Source: Candidatus Bathyarchaeota archaeon
Lineage (GTDB): Archaea; Thermoproteota; Bathyarchaeia; Bathyarchaeales; Bathycorpusculaceae
DNA: 64,000 bases
Direction of reading: 5' to 3'
Assembly: GCA_963772455.1 (NCBI GenBank)
Contig: CAVYXJ010000010.1
Span: 224,001 to 288,000 of the forward strand
Program-made: the position numbers and the translations under genes
The notes under the pieces: generated by a model
Seen by the model: the letters and a program-made list of their open reading frames with translations, nothing else
Told to the model about the DNA's origin: nothing
Database searches by the model: none
In this document: in pieces, positions 11,657-22,625 of the stretch
Numbering within the stretch: the stretch's first letter is position 1
Layout: every line of letters begins with the position of its first letter

Positions 11657-13144
11657 CTAGGCTCCTTGCTGTTTACTCGGGGTGCTGTGTCCGCCGGGGC
11701 TCTTTTTGGGGTGATAAAGCCTTCTGAGAACCCATCGTGCGAAGCTGTTATTTGCGACAATATGGTTTAAGGCGCTTCGTGCCATGATTTGGCTGTAGAA
11801 GTCTCCCTTCAGCTTCTTTCGCAAGTAAAAGGTTGGAGACAAGTAATGGTCGTAGAAGTCTTTTTTTGTCTGATTCAACTTTTCCAGCGGCAAGAGAGTG
11901 TTTTGGAAGACTTGAGTTTGTTCGTGGTATAAGCTCCAGTCTTTTGCTAATTCTAAGCCTAAGCTTTTGGCAAAATCATAAAGCTCCGTGCCTGGGTAAG
12001 GAACTGCTTCACACATGTAGACGTAGTCTGGTTTTGTTTTGTAGATGAAATCAATTGTTTGCTGTAATTGCTCAGGTGTTTCAGTTGGATAGCCAATGAC
12101 AAGTGAAATGGCGACGGAAATTCCCGCTTCTTTTGCCCACTTTATGGCTTGAGCGTTCTGCTCAACAGTAGTGCCTTTACGCATCAAATTCAACATTTGT
12201 TGACTGCCCGATTCAACGCCGAAGTGAACAAGTTGGCAACCTGAACTTCTCAGTTTGGTTAACAGTTCTTTGGAGACTTTGTCGACTCTTGTTCTGCAAT
12301 CCCACGGCAAATCAAATTTGCGGTTTTTCATTTCATCGCAGATGGCAATTGCTCTGTTCACGTCAAATGTGAAAGTGTCATCATAAAAGGCAAACGCTCC
12401 TCCTCCAAATTCGTCTCTTAACCATTCTAGTTCGTCAACGACTTTCTTTGGGCTTCTACCTCGGAAGCCTCTGCCGCACATTTTGTATCCTGCACAAAAG
12501 GCACAGCTAAATGGACAACCTCGACTAGTAATTATAGGTAAGTAAGTTTTGTCAAGAATTTTGTATTTGCCTACATCAAAGTGTTTGTGTGCTGGATAAG
12601 GAAGAGAATCAATATCCTCCATGAATGGACGGTCGGGATTGCGGATAACTTTGCCATCACTTTGAAAAGTTATTCCTGAAACTTGATTGAGGTTTTTAAG
12701 GTTACCCTCGGAAACTAAGTTTGCAAGTTCAAGCATAGTTTGCTCACCTTCACTGCGTACCACAATGTCGACATTTTGGCTCTCGGTGAAAACTTGCTCA
12801 TCCATAACGGTTACGTGTGGTCCACCAATCATGGTGACGGCTTTGGGTAAGGCTGCTTTTGCCGCTTTTAAAATGTCGAGTGCTGGATTGTACGTAAGTG
12901 TGGCGGATGTGACGCCGATTATATCGGGGTTTAGGCTCCTAAATTTGTCTTCGAGCTCCTTTTGTGTAGGGTGGGTAGTTTGGCAATCAACCACGTCCAC
13001 TTTGTACCCCTTTTCTTCAAGAACCGCTGTCAAATAACTAATGCCAAGTGGCAGGAAAATAGCTTGAGGCGCTTCGATTGGGTATGGTGGATTTACAAGT
13101 GCTACGTGGGCTTTCACGTTGGTTCCCCGATTTAGTATTCCCAA
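11657..13144 (-). CDS. B12-binding (class B) radical SAM protein
   Basis: LPLGISYLTAVLE, GGPHVT, SRGCPFSCAFC, GVESG, VPYPGT. Confidence 0.92.
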   Translation of the reverse strand: MGILNRGTNVKAHVALVNPPYPIEAPQAIFLPLGISYLTAVLEEKGYKVDVVDCQTTHPTQKELEDKFRSLNPDIIGVTSATLTYNPALDILKAAKAALPKAVTMIGGPHVTVMDEQVFTESQNVDIVVRSEGEQTMLELANLVSEGNLKNLNQVSGITFQSDGKVIRNPDRPFMEDIDSLPYPAHKHFDVGKYKILDKTYLPIITSRGCPFSCAFCAGYKMCGRGFRGRSPKKVVDELEWLRDEFGGGAFAFYDDTFTFDVNRAIAICDEMKNRKFDLPWDCRTRVDKVSKELLTKLRSSGCQLVHFGVESGSQQMLNLMRKGTTVEQNAQAIKWAKEAGISVAISLVIGYPTETPEQLQQTIDFIYKTKPDYVYMCEAVPYPGTELYDFAKSLGLELAKDWSLYHEQTQVFQNTLLPLEKLNQTKKDFYDHYLSPTFYLRKKLKGDFYSQIMARSALNHIVANNSFARWVLRRLYHPKKSPGGHSTPSKQQGA

Positions 13145-13283
13145 ACGGCTGATGGAACTATTATGTGTTTTGCAGATAAGCCTAAAAGTGGTTTTTCTTC
13201 GAGTTTGACGTAGAGCACAAGGCTTTTTACTTCAAGCATCAACTATCCAATTAATGTCGGCAATAACTGGAGAAATTTGGCAT

Positions 13284-14835
13284 TTGTCAGCGGATTTGGC
13301 AATAATTAACGCTAATATTCTAACAATGAACCCAAACCGGCCCACAGCCCAAGCCCTTGCCATTAACAAAAACAAAATCATCAAAGTTGGCACTAACAAA
13401 GAAATAGGCCAATTAATCAACGAAAAAACCAAAGTCCTGAACTTTGAAGGCAAAACGGTCGTTCCGGGTTTGATCGATACCCACATCCATGTTGCAGACT
13501 ATGGACGATGCCTAATGTGGCTTGACTTAACTACGGCACAATCCATCAGTGAGCTGCAAAGTTTGCTTAAAGAAAAAGCTAGACAAACATCTGCTGGCAG
13601 GTGGATTGTCGGTCGTGGATGGAATCAGGATCAATTCAAAGAAAAACGCATGCCAACAGCCGCAGATTTGGATGCAGTTTCACCAAACAACCCAGTAATC
13701 CTCTATCATGGAACCGCAATGATTTGTGCAGTAAACACCAAAGCACTCCAAAAGGCAGGAGTAACTAAGCAAACCTCGTTGCCTAGCGGCGGCGTTATCG
13801 AAAAAAACTCTGCGACAGGTGAACTGACGGGCATTTTCCGGGACCGCGCTACTAACCTAATTTGGCAAGCTGTTCCCGAACCCACGGCATCTGAGCTTTT
13901 AGAGGCAACGGATTTGGCTTGCCAAAAAATCTCCGCCGCTGGCTTAACCAGTGTTCATTGGATGGTGTTGTCGGAAGTTGAGCTAGAGATTATTCAAAAT
14001 TTGCATGCAATGGGAAGGTTGCCATTAAGGGTTAATGTGGTTGTTCCGCAAGAACTCTTAGAGAAAACAATTGGATTCATGACCAACAATGTTTCAGTTT
14101 TGCGAATAGGCGGCGTTACGATTGCTGCGGACGGATACTTGGATTCAAAGGAAGCTGCACTTCTTGAGCCTTACATTGATGAGCCAAAGAACAGTGGCAA
14201 ACTGCTTTGTACCGAGGAAGAGTTGGCTGCTTCAGTTGCCAAAGCGTTAGCTGCTGGAGTTCAGCCTATAATACTTGCAATGGGCGACAAAGCAATCGAT
14301 ATGACCCTAAAAATTATTGAGCAAAGACACAAAAGCAACGTTCGCTTTCGCATCGAGCAGGCAGCTGTCCTAAATAATGACTTAATTCACCGTTTAAAGA
14401 AACAGGAAATTGTGGTTTCGGTTCAGCCCAAAGTTATCTCAACGGAATTTTCGGTTTGGTCAGCCATACAACGACTCGGCTTGGAACGCGCAAGGTGGCT
14501 TGCATCCGCTAAAAACGCTTCTTGACGAGGGCGTGAAAGTAGCGGGTGGTTCTGATTGCCCCATGGAACCTTTAAGTCCTCTGCTTGGAATCCAAGAGGT
14601 TGTGTTGCGACCAGAGTTTCCTGAGCAGCGATTAAGCGTTGAAGAAGCATTGAGAATGTACACTTTGGATGCTGCTTATTCTTCGTGTGAAGAGAATGTT
14701 AAAGGGTCAATCGAAGAGGGAAAACTAGCAGATTTGACAGTTCTATCAGATGATCCGGTGACTGTTGAACCCGAGAAAATCAAGGATATAAAGGTTGAAT
14801 TTGTCATAATAGATGGAAAAATATTGATCGTTTGA
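13284..14835 (+). CDS. Amidohydrolase 3 (YtcJ-like) family protein, frameshift near 14499
   Basis: PGLIDTHIH, GRGWNQ, GGSDCP, GSIEEGKLADLTVL. ORFs 13254-14525 and 14410-14835 join at ARW/LHPLKTLL. Confidence 0.85.
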
Positions 14836-14863
14836 CTTCTATTTTTTTAGAAATGTAACGATA

Positions 14864-16312
14864 TCATTTCTTCTTCAGGAGCATTTTCGTTGTCTTCAGC
14901 GGATGCCTCATCGCTCGCAAAATTTTTTCCTGAGTAAACCTCGGATTAACCAAATTCGCTTTCATGCATAACTCCTGCAAATCTCTCGCAGACCATTGGG
15001 GTGTTTCAACCTGTGGTTCTGTTGCCGCTAAAGCAAAGTCGCAAAAACCCTCTCGGAGAAACCCTCCATCTTTTGCCTGTTCATAAAATGCTGTTCCATA
15101 GAGTGGCATGGCTATGCTGAAGATGAATGTTTCAGCTCCCAGCGTACGAAGTTTGTGCGCGAATTCTATGGTTTTTTCAATGTCTCCTTTGGTTTCACCA
15201 ATTAAACCCATTACGAAGAAACATCCAACTTTAATGCCAACTTTCTTGCAAAGGACAACTGCTTGTTCGACGGCTTTTAGGTCCTGGTTCTTTTTGATAA
15301 CATCATTTACGATGTGTTGAACTCCTGATTCAGGTGCGATGCGAATTTTTTTACACCCTGCTGATTTCATCTTGCGAAGTAGTGCCTCATCGAGAGAATC
15401 TGCTCTGATTCCGTTGGGGGTAAACCACTCAAACTTCAAATTTCTCTTAACTATTAATTCGCAGATTTCAACCATCCGTTGCCTATCAAAGGTCATGTTG
15501 TCGTCAGAAAAATCAACCTGTTCAATACCGAATGTTTTGATTAATTGCTCTAATTCGTCAACAACATTTTTTGGGCTTCGAGGTCGCCACTGTTTACCCC
15601 ATACTATACAGTTTGAGCAGAAAACACAGTTGTATGGGCAGCCTCTGCTGGTGATTACGATAGTGTAGGGTTTGTAGATTTCGCCTCTAAGTGGATTCTG
15701 TTTAACAGCCTGAGTGTATACCTCCATGGGCAGTAAATGTCTTGCTGGAAAGGGCAATGAATCTAAATTCACAATTAATTGACGTTTGGCATTCAGAATC
15801 ACTTTGCCATTTTCGCTAAAGCCCACTCCAGTGATGTCCTTGAATTCATTTTTTCCAGTTTCCAGTGCCTCAACTAACTCAGAAATAGTATTCTCAGGTT
15901 CTCCAATTGCCACAAAATCCACATCAATGTTTTCTAAGCAAGCCTGCGGACGTGAAGAAGGATGCAGTCCAAACAATATAACAACAATCTCTCTGTTGAC
16001 ATTTTTAACAATTGATACAACTTCAAATGCAGTTTTGGACCAGCCAGAAAATGGGATCTCAATCGCAACCACGTCAGGTTTAAAATCTGAAATTCGCTTT
16101 GCAATTGATTCTGCACTCAAACCCACTCGATACTTGGATTCATCCAACTCCTCAAGGTTCTCCCAACCTTCAGTTGGAGCATCGATAATGCTAACCGCGT
16201 GTTTCTTTTCTAGAACGGCTGCCACCGTTGCCATTACGATGGGTGGAAAAACGTTAGGCTTCCCCCAGACTTTAGGCTGAATCCTTGGCGGGTTAATGAG
16301 GCAAACACGCAT
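14864..16312 (-). CDS. B12-binding (class B) radical SAM protein
   Basis: VCLINPP N-domain, FGLHPS, TSRGCPYNCVFC, APESG, PLYGT. Confidence 0.9.
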   Translation of the reverse strand: MRVCLINPPRIQPKVWGKPNVFPPIVMATVAAVLEKKHAVSIIDAPTEGWENLEELDESKYRVGLSAESIAKRISDFKPDVVAIEIPFSGWSKTAFEVVSIVKNVNREIVVILFGLHPSSRPQACLENIDVDFVAIGEPENTISELVEALETGKNEFKDITGVGFSENGKVILNAKRQLIVNLDSLPFPARHLLPMEVYTQAVKQNPLRGEIYKPYTIVITSRGCPYNCVFCSNCIVWGKQWRPRSPKNVVDELEQLIKTFGIEQVDFSDDNMTFDRQRMVEICELIVKRNLKFEWFTPNGIRADSLDEALLRKMKSAGCKKIRIAPESGVQHIVNDVIKKNQDLKAVEQAVVLCKKVGIKVGCFFVMGLIGETKGDIEKTIEFAHKLRTLGAETFIFSIAMPLYGTAFYEQAKDGGFLREGFCDFALAATEPQVETPQWSARDLQELCMKANLVNPRFTQEKILRAMRHPLKTTKMLLKKK

Positions 16313-16365
16313 GCAAGAGGCACTTCTGTCTCAAAATACCCTTATGCTTTGATTAAAACTTTGCA

Positions 16366-17385
16366 CTAAATTGGGATGAACCAGAATAACCTCACCAATA
16401 CGAGTACGGCGACACAAAGTAACCCCCAGAGAATAATTGTCACATCGCGAATTCGCAAAGCTCCTAAAATCTTCTCGCCGGTCAAAGGCTCCTGTGCATC
16501 TCCAAGGATGTATTGTCCGGGTTTTTGAAGTTGTATCCTGAGAGCTCCAGCCACGGCGCCCATTGGCCAACCGTGGTTACGACTGGGAGTTTTTTTGTGA
16601 TCTCGCAAGGCGATTCTCCAGGCGTTAGCTGCATCCATGCGAAGGATTGCCGCAGCAACTATCATGAACAATGCCGTTAGCCTAGTGGGAATGAAGTTGA
16701 CGAAATTGTCAAGATTTGCGCTAAACCATCCAGTGTTAATGTGCTCTTTAGTTTTGAAGCCGACCATACCATCAAGCGTGTTTATTGCACGAAAAGCAAT
16801 AGCTCCAGTAACACCAAAGAGGGCAAAAGACATCATAGGTGAGAGTTTAAAGTCAATTAGATTTTCCGACATGGATTCGATTACTGCACTTCCCATTTGA
16901 GTCCCGTTTAAGTCCTTTGATTCTCTCCTTGAGAAATGACTGTACTTTTTTGCTTCAATCAAATTATTTTCATCAATGGCTTTGGCTGCGGCTTTTGCCC
17001 AATCTGTTTCTAATTTAATGCAAATTGTCATTTTTACTAAAATTACGGCGATGAAACTGTATACCAAGACGTTAATATAAAATGGAATGAATGTGAAAAT
17101 TGCCCATAAGCCAAAAAAAACTGGCAATGTAAACGAGGCAATTACTGTTAAACCCAACAAGACTCCCAAAAACTTTTCTATTTTTGCATCAGGATTTTTA
17201 AAATAAGGTTCAATTTTCTTTGTAAATTTACCCATCAACACTGTCGGGTGCAACTTGAATATCCATTTCTCTGGGTAGTTGGGTGACGGGTCGCCAAGAA
17301 CTAAATCTAACAGGATGGCTAAAACCAAAATACTAATTGCGACTAATGCATTTATAATATTTAACTCCATGAGTTGCCATCCCAT
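16366..17385 (-). CDS. cbiB: Adenosylcobinamide-phosphate synthase CbiB (CobD/CbiB family)
   Basis: DLVLGDP…LHP, ESMSEN, RAINTLDGMVG, ANLDNFVNFIPTRL, PSRNHGWPMGAVAGAL motifs. Confidence 0.85.
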   Translation of the reverse strand: MGWQLMELNIINALVAISILVLAILLDLVLGDPSPNYPEKWIFKLHPTVLMGKFTKKIEPYFKNPDAKIEKFLGVLLGLTVIASFTLPVFFGLWAIFTFIPFYINVLVYSFIAVILVKMTICIKLETDWAKAAAKAIDENNLIEAKKYSHFSRRESKDLNGTQMGSAVIESMSENLIDFKLSPMMSFALFGVTGAIAFRAINTLDGMVGFKTKEHINTGWFSANLDNFVNFIPTRLTALFMIVAAAILRMDAANAWRIALRDHKKTPSRNHGWPMGAVAGALRIQLQKPGQYILGDAQEPLTGEKILGALRIRDVTIILWGLLCVAVLVLVRLFWFIPI

Positions 17386-17608
17386 TTCGAATACTTCAAG
17401 TAAACAGTTAATATTAATTACGGTGAACAGTCTTAAACACGGAATTAATGGTGCACAATATTTTTCTAAACTATTTTGACTGATTACTATGCATTTTTAA
17501 CGTTTTATTTTTGAAATTAATTATTTTACAATTATTTTTTTACACTAGTCTTATTAATCAATCAAGCGTTGTTATTGCAGCATAAAACTTAAAGGAGAAT
17601 AAAAAAAA

Positions 17609-20374
17609 ATGCAATTTGTCAAAAATAAAACAGCAGCTATTTCGATTGCACTCGTATTAATTATTTCAATGGGAGCATCAATGCTACTAATACCAGCAAC
17701 CGATGCACACACACCTGCATATCAGATTAAATCTTACGCTCTTGTAGAGGCCCTACCTCATACAACAGGGCTAGGTCAAACAGTCGTTGTATACGCCTTC
17801 CTAGGAAATGCACCTCCACCAGGATCAGCAGAAACAAACAGCTACAGATTCCACAACTACACAGTTACTTTCGTAGCACCTTCCGGCAAAACCGACGTAA
17901 AGCACTATGATACTATCTTTGACACAACTGGTGCCCAAACTATTCAATTTACCCCTGATGAAGTCGGCACATACAACATCACATTCGTTTACGGTGGACA
18001 AACACTATCAGTCGGCGGAGTTGACCAACCAGTTGGCTCAGCAAACCTTGGCGACATTTATCTACCAAGCACTGCAACTACAACACTTATTGTTCAGCAA
18101 GACCCAATAACTGAATACCCTGCAAGCTACCCTATTCCAACTGAATATTGGACACGCCCAATTTACGGAGAGAACCCCTACTGGTGGAAAATTTCATCCA
18201 ACTGGTTAGGTACAGGTTCACCAGTTAATTCAGCCGTAAGCGCTGGCACCATTACAGGCATAGGCATGTCATCACTTGTCCAAAGATTCCCCGGTGACGC
18301 CGTAGGTTCTCTAACAAGCCACATTATGTGGACCAAGTCAATTCAATCAGGCGGAGTCGTCGGAGGAGGCAACTTTGAAATTCAAGGCGACACCTACTTT
18401 GAAGGTTCTGCTTACAGCCAACGATACACCAACCCAATAATCGTCAACGGTCATCTCTACTACAATCCACCCCTATCATTCAGAGGCTCCAATGCCGGAC
18501 CAACCACATGCGTTGATCTACGCACAGGGCAAGTCATCTGGCAACGCAGCGACGTACCAGTCATAAACTTTGCAATGATCTGGGATCTTCAAAACGGCAA
18601 CCAACATGGTGTTTACCCAGCACTCTTATGTACCAACAACTTTGCTCGAGTCTTTGATGCAGACACCGGCGATCAGCTATTCAACGTAACAGGCGTTCCC
18701 ACAGGCACCACAGTACAAGGTCCAAACGGAGAACAACTAAGATATATAATATCAAACCAAGGCACTCCGCCACTAATCCAAACTACAACTTGGCCTTATG
18801 GAACTCAACTCTACTATGGTCAGGAACTTTCTTCCGCCCAGGAACAACACAATCAGGCAACTCACCCGACTTAATCAATGCAACCAGCCCAACAGGTACC
18901 GCTCCAGGTAGCGCCATTTCAACACCACCAAGCACAACATCACAATCAGTAGTCAACGGAAGCATCTTTGATTCTTCGAACTTGCAAAACCGTTTCAGCT
19001 GGAACGTTTCAATTGCATCCTGGCGCAACACCATGACCTCCGCACCAACCGTACTTAATGCAATATACGATGACTACATGATTTGCAGAAACGGTTCGTA
19101 TCCATCATTGACAGGACAAACAAACGCAGACGGCTCACTGGTTAACGCAAACTACACATACTTCAAAGTAGACATCAACCCGAAATCCTGCAACATTCGG
19201 TCAAGTACTATGGTGGAGAACAATTAACGTGCCGATGGACAGAAGCATTACCTACGGTGGATTAGATCCTACAGTCGGTATCTTCGCTGAAGGAATAAAA
19301 GAAACTAGAAACTTCATCGCATACAAGGTATCTGATGGCTCTACAGCATGGGGTCCATCACCATCACAAACAGCTCTTGACTACTTCGGTAACCCAATAT
19401 ACCCATACATCGCAAGCCAACTTGCATTCGGCAAACTCTACAGCTACGCTTACGGTGGAATACTCTACTGTTATGATCTGAAAACTGGTAATCTTGACTG
19501 GACTTATGGTAACGGAGGCGTTGCAGGCAACAACACTGACAGTGGCTACCAAGCCCCAGGCTACTATCCTGGCTTCATACAAGCAGTCGGTGGTCATAGT
19601 CTTGATGATGGAGTACTATACATTGCTGTCACAGAACACACAATAGAAACACCAATCTTCAAAGGCTCATTCACACGCGCAATCAACGCGAGCAACGGAG
19701 CAGAACTCTGGACTATCAACGATTATACAGGAGAATTCGGAGCAGTAAGCTACGCTATTGCAGACGGATACACCAACTTCTTCAACGGTATTGACAACCA
19801 AATCTACACCTTAGGCAGAGGACCAACCGCAATGACAGTATCAGCACCAAATATTGCAGCAGCATCAGGCCAACCAGTAGTCATCGCAGGTACACTTTCA
19901 GACGTCTCATCAGGCACAAAGCAAGATCAGTTAGCATCACGCTTCGCCAACGGTGTTCCACTCGCTAATGATATGATCATGGGCGACTGGATGGGATACC
20001 TCTACCAGCAAAAACCATTGCCAACCAACTTCTTAGGCGTAACAGTTGACATAAGCGTACTTGACTCAAACGGCAACTATAGAAGCATAGGCACAACCAC
20101 AACCGACGCAACAGGCAAATACAACATAGTTTGGACTCCAGACATTTCAGGAACATACCAAGTTGTCGCAACCTTTGCAGGCACTAACGGCTATTGGCCA
20201 GCATCTGCAACAACAGCATTCAACGTAATGGCAGAACATCCAACCGCTACACCAGCACCAACACAAGCACCATCAAACGCTGACCTATACTTCGTTCCCG
20301 CAATCGCAGGGCTGTTTGTCTTCGTAGCCATCATCGGCATCGTCATTATCCTGGTTCTCAGGAAACGACCATAA
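17609..20374 (+). CDS. Large secreted PQQ-like beta-propeller surface protein with TM-RKRP anchor, frameshifts near 18767 and 19187
   Basis: Three ORF pieces (17609-18874, 18790-19227, 19229-20374) colinear with the paralog at 2863-5600. AAGGAG RBS upstream and oligo-T terminator downstream. Confidence 0.85.
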
Positions 20375-20566
20375 AAACCCAAAGTGGATAAAACCACTTC
20401 CTCTTTTATTTTTTTGTTTTTGATTTAGCAATAAATAAGCCTATTATTCTATTTCTTAAAGAAAAAAAAATTTTCCGACTTATTATTTGTAGAAACATTT
20501 GCGATTTAGTAAAAGAAAGCTTGGTTTTTTAAGGGGAAACGACGATAATGGAGGAGTGGTGTCTGC

Positions 20567-21001
20567 TTGGAGCATGAGGAAGAATTAAACGCAACAACCT
20601 TCCAAAGTTACCTCTATTTAGTTAAAGTGGGCAAACCCGTTGGACCGCGAGATTTGATGCGTGGAGCTAACCTCAGTAGCCCAAGCGTTGCCTATAGAAA
20701 TCTCCAAAAACTCATAGATTTAGGTCTAGTGGTTAAAGACACATACGGAAATTATGTTGTTAAGGAAAAATTAGGCATGAAAGGATATGTATGGTTGGGA
20801 AAAACCCTTATCCCAAACTTTGCCATCTTTGGATTTATTTTTGTAGGTGTTCTAATTGCTGAAATTGCAGTTTTAGCTCCCCACTTAATTGTAGGTGCAC
20901 CCGTTGAAGAGTCATTTTGGCTTTTGACGATAGTAACCATTGTTGCTGCAGTAGTTTTTTTGGTTCAAGCTTTGCAATTTAGAAAGAAAACTAAAAGTTA
21001 A
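20567..21001 (+). CDS. Winged-HTH protein with two C-terminal TM helices (membrane-anchored regulator)
   Basis: VGPRDLMRGANLSSPSVAYRNLQKLIDLGLV wHTH followed by two hydrophobic helices. Confidence 0.7.
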   Translation: MEHEEELNATTFQSYLYLVKVGKPVGPRDLMRGANLSSPSVAYRNLQKLIDLGLVVKDTYGNYVVKEKLGMKGYVWLGKTLIPNFAIFGFIFVGVLIAEIAVLAPHLIVGAPVEESFWLLTIVTIVAAVVFLVQALQFRKKTKS

Positions 21002-21103
21002 GCCATCGACAATGGATGCTGAAAGTGGCTTTTAGGTTATTCTGTTGAATGCTTTGCAACTGAGAAAACGATATATTTGTAGTTAAGAAGGAAGAAAAAG
21101 AGT

Positions 21104-22486
21104 TCATCTTCTTAGTTTAAGTTTAATATTCGCTGCAAAATGCACACCAACAATAAGTGCCGTAGAAAGTCTAAATCTTCTCTTTTTGTCAAAGAAGAAG
21201 GCTCTACGTAGATAGTAATGATGAAACGCGCCTTCCCTAAGCTTGCCTAGTACCTTCATGCTTAGCTGTGGTGTCTCAAAAATCGGTTTTGTAGTATCGT
21301 ACAAATCAAAGTCTGTTATTCTAAGCCATCCCTTCTCCTTCACCAAATCGTACATGGGTGTTCCTGGAAAAGGTGTTGCAACATTGTAGAATCCCACTGC
21401 GTCTGGTGCAACTTTTTCTACGAACTTGATGGTTTTCCATGCACTCTCTTTAGTTTCTCCTGGGAAACCAAGGATAACGTTTGGAACAGGAATCAAACCT
21501 GCTTCGCGAACCCAACTTAAGACTTTCATGGTTAATTCTGGAGAAATGCCTTTTTTCATGGCGTCCAAAACTTGTTGAGTACCCGACTCAACGCCAAACC
21601 ATACCGAAACGCAACCAGATGTTTTCATCTTGGCAAGCAGCTCTTGGGTTAACATGTCAACGCGCGTTCCGCAGTTCCATTCAATCTTCAAACCACGCGT
21701 GAGAATTTCATTGCAGAGTGCTTCTGTTCTTGACTGATCTACTGTGAAAGCGTCGTCGCAGAACGTAAATTTTTTCACACCATACGTTTTGTGTAGCAGC
21801 TCTAATTCGTCAACCACATTTTTGGGGCTTCGCATACGGTACTTTCTTCCATGCATCCTCACTGTTGTACAGAATTCACACCAGTAAACACAGCCTCGGC
21901 TAGTTGCCAAATATAGGATGTCTTCTAATTCGCGAAACTTCTCCATTGGCCAAAGGTGACGCGCTGGAAAAGGTAGACTATCTAAATCCTCGATATATGG
22001 TCTATCGGGGTTCCTCACAATTTTTCCGTTATTTCGACAAGTCGTGCCTAAAACGTCGCTGTAACTTTTCCCTGATTCAATCCGCTGAACCAATTCAAGC
22101 ACAGTGTTTTCGCCTTCACGTCTAACTACGATATCTAGTTCTGGGCATTCTTCTAGGGCATGGTCATCCCAAAAAGTGACGTGAGAACCACCAGCAATTG
22201 TTATGCAGTTAGGACAAACTTCTTTGGCTATTTTAACAAGCTTCAAAGCCGCACGATAAGTTAGCGTTGATGAAGTTACCCCCACAATATCTGGTTGGCG
22301 TTTGCTAATTTCGTTCTTGAAATCTTCAGGTGAAAGTTTCAACAACTGACAATCAATGACGTCAACTTTGTACTGGTTTTTCTCTAAAACTGCAGCCAAA
22401 TATCCCAAACCCAATAGTGCGAAAGGCATATGCATAGCTGCACCAACAGGGGCTGCAGGGTTAACCAAGGTTACGTGAGGATTCAT
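21104..22486 (-). CDS. B12-binding (class B) radical SAM protein
   Basis: LLGLGYLAAVLE, GGSHVT, TSRGCVYWCEFC, GVESG, TPFPGT. Confidence 0.92.
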   Translation of the reverse strand: MNPHVTLVNPAAPVGAAMHMPFALLGLGYLAAVLEKNQYKVDVIDCQLLKLSPEDFKNEISKRQPDIVGVTSSTLTYRAALKLVKIAKEVCPNCITIAGGSHVTFWDDHALEECPELDIVVRREGENTVLELVQRIESGKSYSDVLGTTCRNNGKIVRNPDRPYIEDLDSLPFPARHLWPMEKFRELEDILYLATSRGCVYWCEFCTTVRMHGRKYRMRSPKNVVDELELLHKTYGVKKFTFCDDAFTVDQSRTEALCNEILTRGLKIEWNCGTRVDMLTQELLAKMKTSGCVSVWFGVESGTQQVLDAMKKGISPELTMKVLSWVREAGLIPVPNVILGFPGETKESAWKTIKFVEKVAPDAVGFYNVATPFPGTPMYDLVKEKGWLRITDFDLYDTTKPIFETPQLSMKVLGKLREGAFHHYYLRRAFFFDKKRRFRLSTALIVGVHFAANIKLKLRR

Positions 22487-22625
22487 TCGACTTCACATTT
22501 ATTCTTCAAAAGAAGATGATTAATGCTTAAACTTTTCGCCTAAACAGAGAAAAAGACTTTGATATTAAAAAAACCAAATAATTAAGCTATTCATTTATGA
22601 AAACCATATTGGTTATCCTTTTTTC

